Assembly (NCBI GenBank): GCA_040397175.1
Contig: JBBAWM010000003.1
Span: 147,599-211,598 of the forward strand
Length of the DNA stretch: 64,000 nt
Source: Candidatus Limnocylindrus sp.
GTDB lineage: Bacteria; Chloroflexota; Limnocylindria; Limnocylindrales; Limnocylindraceae
Reading direction: 5' to 3'
Positions 42,848 to 57,933 of the stretch are shown one piece after another; the stretch's first letter is position 1, and every line of letters begins with the position of its first letter. Made by a program: the position numbers and the translations under genes. Under the pieces are notes generated by a model that searched no databases, was not told the origin of the DNA, and saw only the letters and a list, made by a program, of their open reading frames with translations.

Positions 42848-44062
42848 CTACTTGAAGGAGCCGAGCGCCGCGTCGAGCACCGGGTCGGCCGTCGAGCCCT
42901 CGGGGGCGGCGGCAACCGCTAGGTCTGGCGTCAAGCCGATCTTATGGATCCAGCGCCCGTTTGGGCTAAGCCACTTGGCGATGGTCAGCTTCAGGCCCGA
43001 GCCATCACTCAGGTTAATGAACGTCTGAACGACACCTTTCCCGAAGCTGGTCTCACCAACCAGCTTCGCCCGGCCGCGGTCTTGTAGGGCGGCGGCGAGA
43101 ATTTCACTGGCCGACGCGCTCCCCTTATTGATCAGCACGACAAGCTGAATTGAGGCATCGGTGGCGATCCCGCCCGCTTGCGCCGACGTGCTCTCACGAA
43201 CGCCCTTGCTGTTCTCTTCGATGTAGACGACGCCATCGCCGATGAACTCACTCGCAATCGAGAGCGCAGTAGAGAGATACCCACCCGGGTCATTGCGGAG
43301 GTCGAGCACAATCTTGTTTCCACCGGCATCGACGATCTTCTGCAGCGCGTCATGGAATTGCCCGGCGGCGATGTCTGTAAATTCATTGAGCGCAATGTAG
43401 TCAACACGATCTCCGGCAGCCGTCTGCAACTGCTTGGTGGTTACCGATGGCAGCTCAATCTTTGCCCGAACGATGGAAACATCGCGTGGCGCTGCGGTAC
43501 CCGTGCGAACGGTGATCACAACGGTCGTGCCTTCCGCGCCGCGCACCTTGAGCACCGCTTGATCAACGGAGAGGCCGGTCAACGCATCGCCATCAATGGC
43601 GAGAAACGTATCGCCACGCAGGATTCCTGCGGCGCGTGCAGGGGCACCCTCGATGGTGTTCGCAACGGTGAGGAGGCACGCACTGCTGATCGCCGTGCAG
43701 AGTTCGGCCGTAGGTGTGCGCAAGTCGATGACGGCGCCAATGCCGGTAAAGCTCCCCGAGAGGCCCTCTTTCATCGCGGCCATCTCTTCGGCGGTGAGGT
43801 ATTGCGAGTACGGATCATTGAGTGAGCTGACGAGCCCCTTGATGGCCCCATTGACGAGATCGTCGTTGGTCTCCGTCCCTACGTGCTGCTCTTGGATAAG
43901 GGTGAGCACCTCATTGAAACGTGCGAGATCAAGCGTGCTGCTCCCTTGCGGTGTCGTACTGGCACGCAGTCCAGCGTTATACGCGGCTACCGCAATGACG
44001 ACGGCGAGAAGGAGGCGTCCAGCTCGCGTGAGGAGCGGCGTTCCCGTTGGTGTGAGGCTCAT
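42848..44062 (-). CDS. ctpA: Carboxyl-terminal processing protease (S41 family, PDZ domain)
   Basis: S41 catalytic motifs (GGNKIVLDLRNDPGGY; NKGSASASEI; GETSFGKGVVQ) and a PDZ region. Start set at ATG 44062 (AAGGAG 8 nt upstream; signal-peptide-like MSLTPTGTPLLTRAGRLLLAVVIAVAA); the listed ORF has a 50-aa Arg-rich extension. Confidence 0.8.
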   Translation of the reverse strand: MSLTPTGTPLLTRAGRLLLAVVIAVAAYNAGLRASTTPQGSSTLDLARFNEVLTLIQEQHVGTETNDDLVNGAIKGLVSSLNDPYSQYLTAEEMAAMKEGLSGSFTGIGAVIDLRTPTAELCTAISSACLLTVANTIEGAPARAAGILRGDTFLAIDGDALTGLSVDQAVLKVRGAEGTTVVITVRTGTAAPRDVSIVRAKIELPSVTTKQLQTAAGDRVDYIALNEFTDIAAGQFHDALQKIVDAGGNKIVLDLRNDPGGYLSTALSIASEFIGDGVVYIEENSKGVRESTSAQAGGIATDASIQLVVLINKGSASASEILAAALQDRGRAKLVGETSFGKGVVQTFINLSDGSGLKLTIAKWLSPNGRWIHKIGLTPDLAVAAAPEGSTADPVLDAALGSFK

Positions 44063-44090
44063 GGTGATGCTCCTTCGCTGCGTGAGGCGA

Positions 44091-45014
44091 CTAGTCCAGT
44101 CGCCCTCGCAGAGAGAGTAGCGCCCCGAGCGCCCCAAGGCCCAGCCCGGCGGCGAGCACCGAGAGCGAGACCTGCCCGGCGAGGATCGCCGACGTTTGCA
44201 CTGGGAGGACACGGAAGAGGTTCAGCATGACGGCACCAATGCTGGCACCCAAGATGCCAAAGATAAAGAGGGTGATGAGCGCCCCGATGGCACCAATCGC
44301 TAGCCCCTCGAGAATGAAGGGGAGGCGCACCCAGGTCGCGCTGGCACCCACGATGCGCATGACGGCGATCTCGTCACTTCGCGCCAGGATGGCGAGTCGG
44401 ATGGCGTTGACGACCACGGCGAGCACCGCAAGCGAGAAGCCGATCACGATGATCAGTCCAACGATGCGCAGCGCACCCGTGATCGCCACGAGGTTCTCTG
44501 CGAGCGCGCGCCCATCGATGATGCGGCTGAACGAGGAGGCGGCTGTGATGGAAGCGAGGCCGTCCGCCACCCGTCCTGTGTCTGCGGGGTCATCGAGGGC
44601 AATCTCGTAGCTCGCTGGAAGGGGGTTCACGCCAAGGTTCCCCGTGAGGTCGGGCTCGCCGCGCTCCCTCAGCCGTACCTTAAAAGCAGCGAGCGCCTCG
44701 TCCGCACTCACATAGGTCGCCCCCTTCACCCCATCAATCGCCTCAATCTGTACCTGGATCGAGCGAGCCGCACTCTCGGTGACGGAGCTTTTTAGATAGG
44801 CGACAACCTCAACTTTTGAATCGGCATAGGAGAGCGCCGCATCAAGGCCCGCTCGAATAACGAGCACCGAGGCGAGCACCATGAGCATGAGCGTCATCGT
44901 TGTTGTGGCAGCAATGGTTGCGAGTCGATTACGAGAGAGCCCATTCGCTGCCGCCGAGATGCTTAGGCGAATCAGACGCCGGCGATGTGGATGACTATCG
45001 TACTGCGCGCTCAT
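44091..45014 (-). CDS. ftsX: Cell division ABC transporter permease FtsX
   Basis: 307 aa with four TM helices and a large extracytoplasmic loop; FtsX pattern; 1-nt overlap with the ftsE stop. Confidence 0.85.
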   Translation of the reverse strand: MSAQYDSHPHRRRLIRLSISAAANGLSRNRLATIAATTTMTLMLMVLASVLVIRAGLDAALSYADSKVEVVAYLKSSVTESAARSIQVQIEAIDGVKGATYVSADEALAAFKVRLRERGEPDLTGNLGVNPLPASYEIALDDPADTGRVADGLASITAASSFSRIIDGRALAENLVAITGALRIVGLIIVIGFSLAVLAVVVNAIRLAILARSDEIAVMRIVGASATWVRLPFILEGLAIGAIGALITLFIFGILGASIGAVMLNLFRVLPVQTSAILAGQVSLSVLAAGLGLGALGALLSLRGRLD

Positions 45015-45739
45015 CAGCCGACCCGGTGGTATGTGGCGTTTGCTTCGTCGCGAATAAGGCGTCCACCCTCGAGGCCGATCACGCGGCGACGCAGTGTGGT
45101 GACGATGTCAGAGTCGTGCGTTGCCACGAGCACCGTTACCCCCAGTCGATTGATATCCATGAGTAGCTCCATGATCTCCCAGCTGATCAGCGGATCGAGG
45201 TTCCCCGTTGGCTCATCGGCAATGAGCAGCTCAGGTTCACCAACGATAGCCCGCGCGATTGCGGTGCGCTGCTGTTCGCCACCAGAAAGTTCGGACGGGT
45301 AGCGATCGGCAAGTCGTGCCAAGCCAACAATCCGCAACGCGCGATCCGTCGCGGCTGCAACGAGCTCTGGCGCGGAGCCCGTGACCTCGAGGGCGAAGGC
45401 AACGTTTTCACGAACGGTTCGTCGCGGCAAGAGGCGGAAATCTTGGAAGATGACGCCGATCCGACGACGGAGCTTTGGCACGTCACCGCCAGAAAGGCGA
45501 TGGACCGGAAAGCCCGCGACATACACCTCACCTGCGGTTGGACGCACGTCGCGAACAAGGAGCCCAATCAACGTGGATTTTCCTGCGCCTGAAGGACCAA
45601 CGAGAAAGGCAAATTCGCCACGCTCGATTTTGAGGTTGACGTCACCCAGGGCGATGTGGCCACTTGGGTACGTCACAGAGATTCCCTGCAGATTGACGAC
45701 TGCGGGCTCAGTTTCAGCGTGGCTCATGCCGCTACTCAT
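45014..45739 (-). CDS. ftsE: Cell division ATP-binding protein FtsE
   Basis: Walker A (GPSGAGKSTL), ABC signature (LSGGEQQRTAIARA), Walker B (LLIADEPTGNLD). Confidence 0.9.
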   Translation of the reverse strand: MSSGMSHAETEPAVVNLQGISVTYPSGHIALGDVNLKIERGEFAFLVGPSGAGKSTLIGLLVRDVRPTAGEVYVAGFPVHRLSGGDVPKLRRRIGVIFQDFRLLPRRTVRENVAFALEVTGSAPELVAAATDRALRIVGLARLADRYPSELSGGEQQRTAIARAIVGEPELLIADEPTGNLDPLISWEIMELLMDINRLGVTVLVATHDSDIVTTLRRRVIGLEGGRLIRDEANATYHRVG

Positions 45740-45748
45740 CGGTTGATC

Positions 45749-46880
45749 CTACTCCTCATCCACGGTGCCGCCAGCGAGCGGTGCCCCGGTAGAGACACGT
45801 TCAAGTTCTGCAAGGATAAACGGATCAAAGTCACCGTCGAGAACGCCAACGGTGTCGGAGGTTTGCTGCCCCGTGCGGTGATCCTTGACCATTTGATAGG
45901 GGTGCAACACGTAACTCCGAATCTGGTTCCCCCAGCCGGCGGAGATCGTTTCGCCACGCACACGCGCCAATTCATCTTCGCGCGCGCGAATCTTGAGTTC
46001 GATGAGCTTACCGCGCAACATTCGTTCGGCTGTTTCGCGATTCTGCATTTGTGAACGTTGATTCTGGCTCGATACGACAGAGTTTGTTGGCAGGTGAGTG
46101 AGTCGCACAGCAGACTCGGTCTTGTTCACATGTTGGCCGCCCGCGCCACTGGAGCGATAGGTATCAACGCGAATCTCGTCCCAATTGAGCGTGACCTCGG
46201 CGTCATCTTCCACCTCTGGAATCACTTCAAACATCGCAAAGGTGGTTTGCCGCCGCTTCTGTCCGTCGAACGGTGAGATGCGTACCAAGCGATGCACTCC
46301 GCGTTCCGCACGTAACCAACCGAAGGCGTTGCGTCCACGAATCTCTAGGACGACGCTGCGGTAGCCGGCACCCTCACCCTCAGTGGAATCGACGATCTCG
46401 GTTGCGAAGCTGTGCCGCTCGGCCCAACGCATGTACGCGCGAAGGAGGATGGCGGTCCAGTCACACGCTTCGGTGCCACCGGCGCCGGCCTGAATGGTGA
46501 CGATGGCGTCGGCATCGGCGTACTCGCCGCTAAAGAGGAGCGAGGTGCGGGCCTTCTCGAAGTCACTCTCGAGAAGTGCGGCCTTGGTTGCAACCTCGTC
46601 TTGGAGCCCTTGATCGCCTTCTGATTCGGCCAGCTCGAAGAGTTCACCGAGGTCGCGAGCAGCGACAGTGAGCTCCCTCCAGAGGGTGATCTCCTCACGT
46701 AACCCCTCTGCCTCGCGAGCGAGTTTTCGTGCAACCCGCTGGTCATCCCAGAAGCCTGGGGCGAGCATCGCCGCTTCGATCTCGGCCAGGCGCGCCGTTT
46801 TTGTTACAGGGTCAAAGACGCCCCGAGGTCGCCTCGATGCGGCCGAGGAGGTCTCGCAGGGAGGCGGCGTCGACGCTCAC
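45749..46880 (-). CDS. prfB: Peptide chain release factor 2, translated via a programmed +1 ribosomal frameshift
   Basis: Main ORF (45749-46813 onward) has the SPFD and GGQ (SGAGGQHVNKTESAVRLTH) motifs but lacks the N-terminal ~22 aa. On the minus strand a short frame starting at GTG 46880 (MSVDAASLRDLLGRIEATSGRL) ends at CUU UGA C (46812-46817), preceded by an SD-like GGGG. Shifting +1 at CUU U reads in frame into the main ORF. Coordinates: join(comp 46815..46880, comp 45749..46813). Confidence 0.85.
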
Positions 46881-46934
46881 CCTGCACCCTCACCCAGCCG
46901 AACCGCGGCACCCACGGGGGACTCGCTGCTCACG

Positions 46935-49643
<2,709 letters not shown>

Positions 49644-49656
49644 CGCCGGCGGAGGC

Positions 49657-49890
49657 CTAGCGCCAGAATCCGGCGGAGTATCCGATCACCAAGATGCCGA
49701 AGGTGAGCGCGGCGAGCACAACCCAGAAGAGGGCACTTACCGGCTTGCTGGTCGGATTCATTTCAGGATTCTTCATTGGCGCGGCGTTCCATCGCGGGCT
49801 ACGGAGAGATGCGCGCCAGTCCACGTTCTTCTCTGGAGCGCGCGCAACGATTGCGCCGCGCTCATCGGGGCGATGGAGCTTCAGTGTCAT
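49657..49890 (-). CDS. Hypothetical small protein with C-terminal TM helix
   Basis: 77-aa ORF whose ATG overlaps the prs stop (ATGA-type coupling). C-terminal hydrophobic helix (VSALFWVVLAALTFGILVIGYSAGFW). No family assignment. Confidence 0.3.
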   Translation of the reverse strand: MTLKLHRPDERGAIVARAPEKNVDWRASLRSPRWNAAPMKNPEMNPTSKPVSALFWVVLAALTFGILVIGYSAGFWR

Positions 49891-50924
49891 CGTCGTGTCC
49901 GCTTCTCGCTCGATGGAACCGTTGAGACTGGCCCAGTCTGGTGTTCATCCCAGAAGAGCATCTCCTCAGCGGTCGCCGACTCCTTGCCGAAGAGGGCGCC
50001 GACCGATTCGCCAAGGTGAATGCGGCGGATGGCCTCGCCAAAGAGCGGCGCAGAGGAGAGGCGCTTGATCTTCGTGCTCTTTACGCCGATTGGTAGTGGG
50101 ATCGAGTCTGTCACCACTACTTCGAGCACGTTGCAGTTCTCGATTCGCTCAATTGCCGGACCAGAGAAGACGCCGTGTGTTGCACACGCGGTGACCTCGA
50201 TCGCGCCAGCTTCTTCGATCGCACGGACAATTTCGGTGAGGGTTCCCGCGGTATCGATCTCGTCGTCGACGATGACAACGCGCTTCCCCTTCACGTCGCC
50301 GATGACGTTGAGTACCTCGGCCTCGTCGTTGTTTCCTTCGCGGCGCTTCTCTACGATCGCGAGCGGCGCATTGAGCAGCTCGGCGAAAGTGCGTGCGCGC
50401 TTGGCAAAACCGAGGTCGGTGACAACCACGAGGTTTTCGGTGCCGCGCTGGCGCATGTAGTTCGATAGCAGATGCACCGCGGTGAGTTCGTCGACCGGAA
50501 CATTGAAGAAACCTTGCAGCTGACCCTGGTGCAGGTCAAGGGTGAGGATGCGGTTCGCGCCAGCAACCTGCAACATGTCGGCGACGAGTCGCGCCGTGAT
50601 CGGTACGCGCGGCTGATCTTTCTTGTCGGAGCGACCGTAGCCATAGTACGGAATGACGGCGGTGATGCGACCAGCCGAAGCGCGCTTGAATGCGTCGATC
50701 ATGATGAGCAGCTCCATGATGGAGTTGCTGACCGGGCGCGACGTTGGCTGCACGATGAAGACGTCTTTCTCGCGGGCGTTATCAAGAATCTTGACGAAGA
50801 TGTTCTCGTTGGCGAAGGCGAAGACCTCGGCCTTGCCGATCTCGCGTCCGAGATAGCGAGCGATCTTGGCCGCAAGTTCGGGGTTGGCGTTCCCCGTGTA
50901 GACGTCGATCGAATCTGCCCTCAT
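49887..50924 (-). CDS. prs: Ribose-phosphate pyrophosphokinase
   Basis: PRPP synthetase motifs (VTDLGFAKRARTF; VVIVDDEIDTAGTL) plus a ~30-aa C-terminal extension. Confidence 0.9.
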   Translation of the reverse strand: MRADSIDVYTGNANPELAAKIARYLGREIGKAEVFAFANENIFVKILDNAREKDVFIVQPTSRPVSNSIMELLIMIDAFKRASAGRITAVIPYYGYGRSDKKDQPRVPITARLVADMLQVAGANRILTLDLHQGQLQGFFNVPVDELTAVHLLSNYMRQRGTENLVVVTDLGFAKRARTFAELLNAPLAIVEKRREGNNDEAEVLNVIGDVKGKRVVIVDDEIDTAGTLTEIVRAIEEAGAIEVTACATHGVFSGPAIERIENCNVLEVVVTDSIPLPIGVKSTKIKRLSSAPLFGEAIRRIHLGESVGALFGKESATAEEMLFWDEHQTGPVSTVPSSEKRTRR

Positions 50925-50955
50925 CGCCGTCCTCCGCTCTCTGGACGGGTCACTC

Positions 50956-53631
50956 TTAGCGACCCGAACGCTTCTTCGGGGCTGGCTTCCCCTTTGCGAC
51001 CGGCTTTGTCTTTGCCGCTGGCTTCCCCTTTGATGGGGTGCCGCCCTTGGCTGTTGGGCGAGGTGCCTTCACAATCTTAGGAACCTCTTGGGCCACCTCA
51101 GGCTCCTCGTCATTGTCACCTGTGCCGTTGCGCTTCGCCAGACCCGTCCGGAAGGCGGCGATTCCAGCCACCTTGTCGCCCTCGCGCAGGGTCATCACGC
51201 GCACACCCTGGGCGCTGCCGTCCTTGCGAGTGGCGATGCTCTCGAGCTTGGTACGCACGACCTGCCCCTCGGCGCTGATCAAGATCACCTCTTCGTCGGC
51301 CTCGCTGACCTGACGCACGGCCACAACTGGGCCGGTCTTGCGCCCCTCGAGTGGGATCAGGCGGACGCCCTGGGTGCCACGGTGCTTGCGAGCGAAGGCG
51401 CCCACAGGGACGCGCTTCCCGTGGCCGGTCTCTGTAAGGACAAGGAGGTCGGCGCCAGGCTCCGCCACGGCCATGGCCACCACAAGGTCACCCTGGCGGG
51501 CGAGGCGAATACCGATCACCCCTCCAGCGGTGCGGCCCATGGCGCGCGCCTCACGCTCGTGGAAGCGGCAAATGCGCCCCTGGCGCGTGGCCATGACCAG
51601 GTCATCTTCGCCGGAGGTCTGAATCACTTGGGCAAGTTCGTCGCCCTTATCCAGGGTGATGGCGATGATGCCGGTGGAGCGCACCTTTTCGAACTGCTCG
51701 ATCGCCGTCTTCTTGATGATCCCCTTCTTGGTGGAGAAGGCGAGGTAGCTGCCCGGCGTGAAGCCGTTCAGGATGATCGTCGCCACTGGGGTCTCGCCCG
51801 ACTCCACCTGCACCCCTGGAAGGTTCACGATCGGAATGCCCTTGTTCTGTCGCGAGGCGTCAGGGATCTCGTGCACCTTGGCGCTAAAGCCGCGCCCCTT
51901 GTTGGTGAAGAAGAGGGCGTAATCGTGGGTGTTCGCCACCTGCAACGTGGCGACCGCATCCTCTTCGCGGGTCGTCATGCCGATCACACCCTTGCCGCCG
52001 CGATGCTGCTGGCGATAGGTGGTGAGTGGCTGGCGCTTGATGTAGCCGCGGCCAGAGATGGTGATCACGACATCTTCGTCGGCGATGAGGTCCTCATCAG
52101 ACATTTCGCGCGTCGCATCTTGGGCGATCTTGGTGCGGCGTCGGTCGGCAAACTTCTCTTTCAGCTTGGCGAACTCGTCGGAGATGATCTTCGAGATGCG
52201 GGCCGGCCGAGAGAGGATGTCTTCAAGCTCGGCAATGAACTTAATGACCTCAAGATACTCATCTTCAATCTTCTTGCGCTCAAGGGCGGCGAGGCGCGCA
52301 AGGCGCATATCGAGGATCGCCTGCGCCTGTAGTTCGCTGAGCTTGAAGCGCTCCATGAGTTGCGTGCGCGCAACATCGACGTCGGCTGCCGCGCGAATCG
52401 TCTTGATCACCGCATCGAGATTGTCGAGGGCGATCTTGAGCCCTTCGAGGATGTGGGCGCGCTCGCGCGCCTTCTTGAGTTCGTATTCGGTTCGGCGTCG
52501 CACGATGATGCGGCGGTGGTCGATGTGGTGCTGCAGCACCGACTTCAGTGAGAGGGTCTGCGGCTGGCCATCGACGAGCGCGAGCATGTTCATGCTGAAT
52601 GCAGAGCGCAGCGGGGTGAGCTTCAACAGCTTGTTGAGCACCTTATGTGGATTCGCATCTTTCTTAACTTCAACGTAGACGCGCATGCCGTCGCGGTCGG
52701 ACTCGTCGCGCAGGTCGGCGATGCCATCGAGGCGCTCCTCTTTGACGAGGTCCGCAATCTTCTCAACGAGCGATGCCTTGTTCACCTGGTACGGCAGCTC
52801 GGTGATGATGATCGCCGTGCGATCGCCACGCGACGCCTCTTCAAAGTGCGTCGCGCCGTCAACAACAACGCGGCCGCGTCCGTGCGCGTACATCTGTCGC
52901 ACCGCATCAATGCGCTCCGTTGCGCCAGTGAGTGGATTCTTAATGGTGTCGTAGCGATAGAGGATGCCGCCGGTCGGGAAGTCTGGCGCATTGACGTACT
53001 TGCAGAGATCGTCGACGGAGAGTTCAGGGTCAGCGATCAGGGCGATGGCGGCGTCGGCGATCTCGCCAAGGTTGTGCGGCGGAATGTTTGTCGCCATGCC
53101 GACGGCAATACCAGAGGAGCCGTTGACGAGCAGGTTCGGTAGGCGCGAAGGGAGAACGCCTGGCTCCTTCTGCGTGCCGTCGTAGTTCGGCGTGAAGTCG
53201 ACAGTTTCGTGATCGATGTCGGCGAGCATCTCACCGGCGATTGAGGTGAGGCGTGCCTCGGTGTAGCGCATCGCAGCGGCGGAGTCGCCGTCAACCGAAC
53301 CGAAGTTTCCTTGGCCATCAACGAGCGGATGACGCATGGAGAAGTCTTGTGCGAGTCGCACGAGTGCGTCGTAGAGGGCGCCGTCGCCGTGTGGGTGGTA
53401 CTTGCCCATCACCTCGCCGACGATGGCGGCGCACTTGCGATAGGCGGAGCCGCCAGAGAGGCCCATCTCGCCCATCGTGTACAAGATGCGGCGGTGTACC
53501 GGCTTGAGGCCGTCGCGAACGTCGGGGAGCGCGCGCGCCACGATCACGCTCATCGCGTAATCGAGATAGCTCGTTCGCATCTCGTCTTCGATGCGAATTG
53601 AACGGACGCTCACTCGTGCCTCGTCGCTCAT
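50956..53631 (-). CDS. gyrA: DNA gyrase subunit A
   Basis: 891 aa; N-terminal breakage-reunion domain with the active-site Tyr region ([10 protein letters not shown]), GyrA-box-containing beta-pinwheel C-terminal domain, and a Lys-rich tail. Confidence 0.95.
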   Translation of the reverse strand: MSDEARVSVRSIRIEDEMRTSYLDYAMSVIVARALPDVRDGLKPVHRRILYTMGEMGLSGGSAYRKCAAIVGEVMGKYHPHGDGALYDALVRLAQDFSMRHPLVDGQGNFGSVDGDSAAAMRYTEARLTSIAGEMLADIDHETVDFTPNYDGTQKEPGVLPSRLPNLLVNGSSGIAVGMATNIPPHNLGEIADAAIALIADPELSVDDLCKYVNAPDFPTGGILYRYDTIKNPLTGATERIDAVRQMYAHGRGRVVVDGATHFEEASRGDRTAIIITELPYQVNKASLVEKIADLVKEERLDGIADLRDESDRDGMRVYVEVKKDANPHKVLNKLLKLTPLRSAFSMNMLALVDGQPQTLSLKSVLQHHIDHRRIIVRRRTEYELKKARERAHILEGLKIALDNLDAVIKTIRAAADVDVARTQLMERFKLSELQAQAILDMRLARLAALERKKIEDEYLEVIKFIAELEDILSRPARISKIISDEFAKLKEKFADRRRTKIAQDATREMSDEDLIADEDVVITISGRGYIKRQPLTTYRQQHRGGKGVIGMTTREEDAVATLQVANTHDYALFFTNKGRGFSAKVHEIPDASRQNKGIPIVNLPGVQVESGETPVATIILNGFTPGSYLAFSTKKGIIKKTAIEQFEKVRSTGIIAITLDKGDELAQVIQTSGEDDLVMATRQGRICRFHEREARAMGRTAGGVIGIRLARQGDLVVAMAVAEPGADLLVLTETGHGKRVPVGAFARKHRGTQGVRLIPLEGRKTGPVVAVRQVSEADEEVILISAEGQVVRTKLESIATRKDGSAQGVRVMTLREGDKVAGIAAFRTGLAKRNGTGDNDEEPEVAQEVPKIVKAPRPTAKGGTPSKGKPAAKTKPVAKGKPAPKKRSGR

Positions 53632-53645
53632 GCTCTCATCGCCTC

Positions 53646-56491
<2,846 letters not shown>

Positions 56492-56506
56492 GCTCCCCCC
56501 TTGTTA

Positions 56507-57382
56507 CTACCTGGCGCCTACGGGGGTTCCGTTGAACACCCGGGCATCAAATTCCGCTGCAGCCTGCGCGTATGACTCAGCACCCGAGGTGCCTGGCGCG
56601 TAACTTCGAATGGCAATCCCGTGGCTTGGCGCTTCGGCCAAGCGTACCGAACGCGGCACGCGGGCCTTATAGACCAGCTCACCAAAGTGGCTCTCGACCT
56701 CACGCACCACGTCGCTGCCAAGTTTCGTGCGGGGATCAAGCATGGTCAAGAGGAGGCCATTCACCTCCAGGGCGGGGTTGAGGCGCTCGCGCACGAGGCG
56801 AATGGTGGCCATGAGCTGCGAGAGCCCCTCCAGGGCGTAGTACTCGCACTGCACAGGAACAAGTACGGCATCAGCGATCGCGAGGGCACTCACGGTGACC
56901 AGGCCGAGTGACGGCGGGGTGTCCACGAGAATTACCTCGACATCCCCTGCGGTGCGGAGGCCGACCGCAAGCTGGCGTTCGCCACTCTCGTCCCCGGTGG
57001 CCAGCTCAACGTCGATCCCGGCAAGGTCGGCCGAGCCCGGAATGAGCGTGAGGTTCGGAATCGAGGTCGGCTGGGCGAGCTCCGTCGCTGGTCGGCGCCC
57101 CACGAGGAGGTCGTAGGCGGTCGGCGCACCCTCTGGGAGGGTGAATCCGAGACCGCTGGTCAGGTTGCGCTGGGGGTCGAGGTCGACAACGAGCACACGA
57201 CGCCCTGCGTGGGCGAGCTCGGCGGCGAGATTGAGCACGGTCGTGGTCTTCCCTACCCCGCCCTTCTGGTTCGCACACACGATGATTGGCGCGTGGGATC
57301 CGGCAGGGTGCTGGACGGTGGTGTTCACGCGCTCATCGTAGCAGGAGGGGGCTACCGGGGAGTTCTGCCGGCCATGTTTCAC
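56507..57382 (-). CDS. parA: Chromosome partitioning ATPase ParA (Soj)
   Basis: Deviant Walker A (NQKGGVGKTTT) and ParA core. The ORF-track start at 57382 is a GTG and the true start is probably further downstream (e.g. GTG 57328), so the N-terminus is uncertain. Confidence 0.85.
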   Translation of the reverse strand: MKHGRQNSPVAPSCYDERVNTTVQHPAGSHAPIIVCANQKGGVGKTTTVLNLAAELAHAGRRVLVVDLDPQRNLTSGLGFTLPEGAPTAYDLLVGRRPATELAQPTSIPNLTLIPGSADLAGIDVELATGDESGERQLAVGLRTAGDVEVILVDTPPSLGLVTVSALAIADAVLVPVQCEYYALEGLSQLMATIRLVRERLNPALEVNGLLLTMLDPRTKLGSDVVREVESHFGELVYKARVPRSVRLAEAPSHGIAIRSYAPGTSGAESYAQAAAEFDARVFNGTPVGAR

Positions 57383-57390
57383 GTGGAACA
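57375..57390. promoter_or_regulatory. parS centromere-like site (ParB binding), 15/16 match to consensus
   Basis: TGTTTCACGTGGAACA versus consensus TGTTTCACGTGAAACA. Located in the parA upstream / parA-mreD divergent region. Confidence 0.6.
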
Positions 57391-57444
57391 GCGGGGGCCC
57401 GGCAGGGTGGTGCGCCGAGGCGGCTGCGGGAGTATCCTGCCGCT

Positions 57445-57924
57445 ATGAACAAGCGACTCGGCTACGTGCTCGGTATCGTGCTCGCCGCCCTCATCCAGGC
57501 ACGGCTCCTGCCTGAACTCGGCCTCGAGCGCGTGGTCAACCTCCCGGCCCTCCTCCTCATTGTTACAGCCTCGACGGATCGTCGCACGCTCGTCCTGGTG
57601 GCCGCGACCCTCGCGGGCCTCACGATCGACACCGCGCTCGTGCGGCCGCTGGGGCTAACGAGCCTGGCGATGATTGCCGGGGTGCTTGTTGCGAGCCAGG
57701 TTCGAGGCGCCGGGGATGCCCAGTTGATTCGGCGCATGGTCGCGCTCCTGATTGGCCTGGCGGCCAGCAACGCAGCGCTCTTTCTTCTCAGCGGTGGCAA
57801 TAGCGGCCGCCTCGGCGAGAGCACCCTCGCACTCGTGGTGAACCTTCTGGTCGGCAGCACCCTGGCATGGTTTGGACAGCGCCGGCGCCGCGGATATCAG
57901 TTCGACCAATCGCTCCGCGGGTAG
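57445..57924 (+). CDS. mreD: Rod shape-determining protein MreD (candidate)
   Basis: 159-aa polytopic hydrophobic protein immediately upstream of mrdA and rodA. Start set at ATG 57445; the listed ORF has an Arg-rich extension overlapping the parA promoter region. Assignment rests mainly on context and topology. Confidence 0.55.
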   Translation: MNKRLGYVLGIVLAALIQARLLPELGLERVVNLPALLLIVTASTDRRTLVLVAATLAGLTIDTALVRPLGLTSLAMIAGVLVASQVRGAGDAQLIRRMVALLIGLAASNAALFLLSGGNSGRLGESTLALVVNLLVGSTLAWFGQRRRRGYQFDQSLRG

Positions 57925-57933
57925 CGCACTAAC

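Noticed and set aside
51088-52332. 414-aa plus-strand ORF
   Set aside because: Antisense to gyrA; composition-driven.
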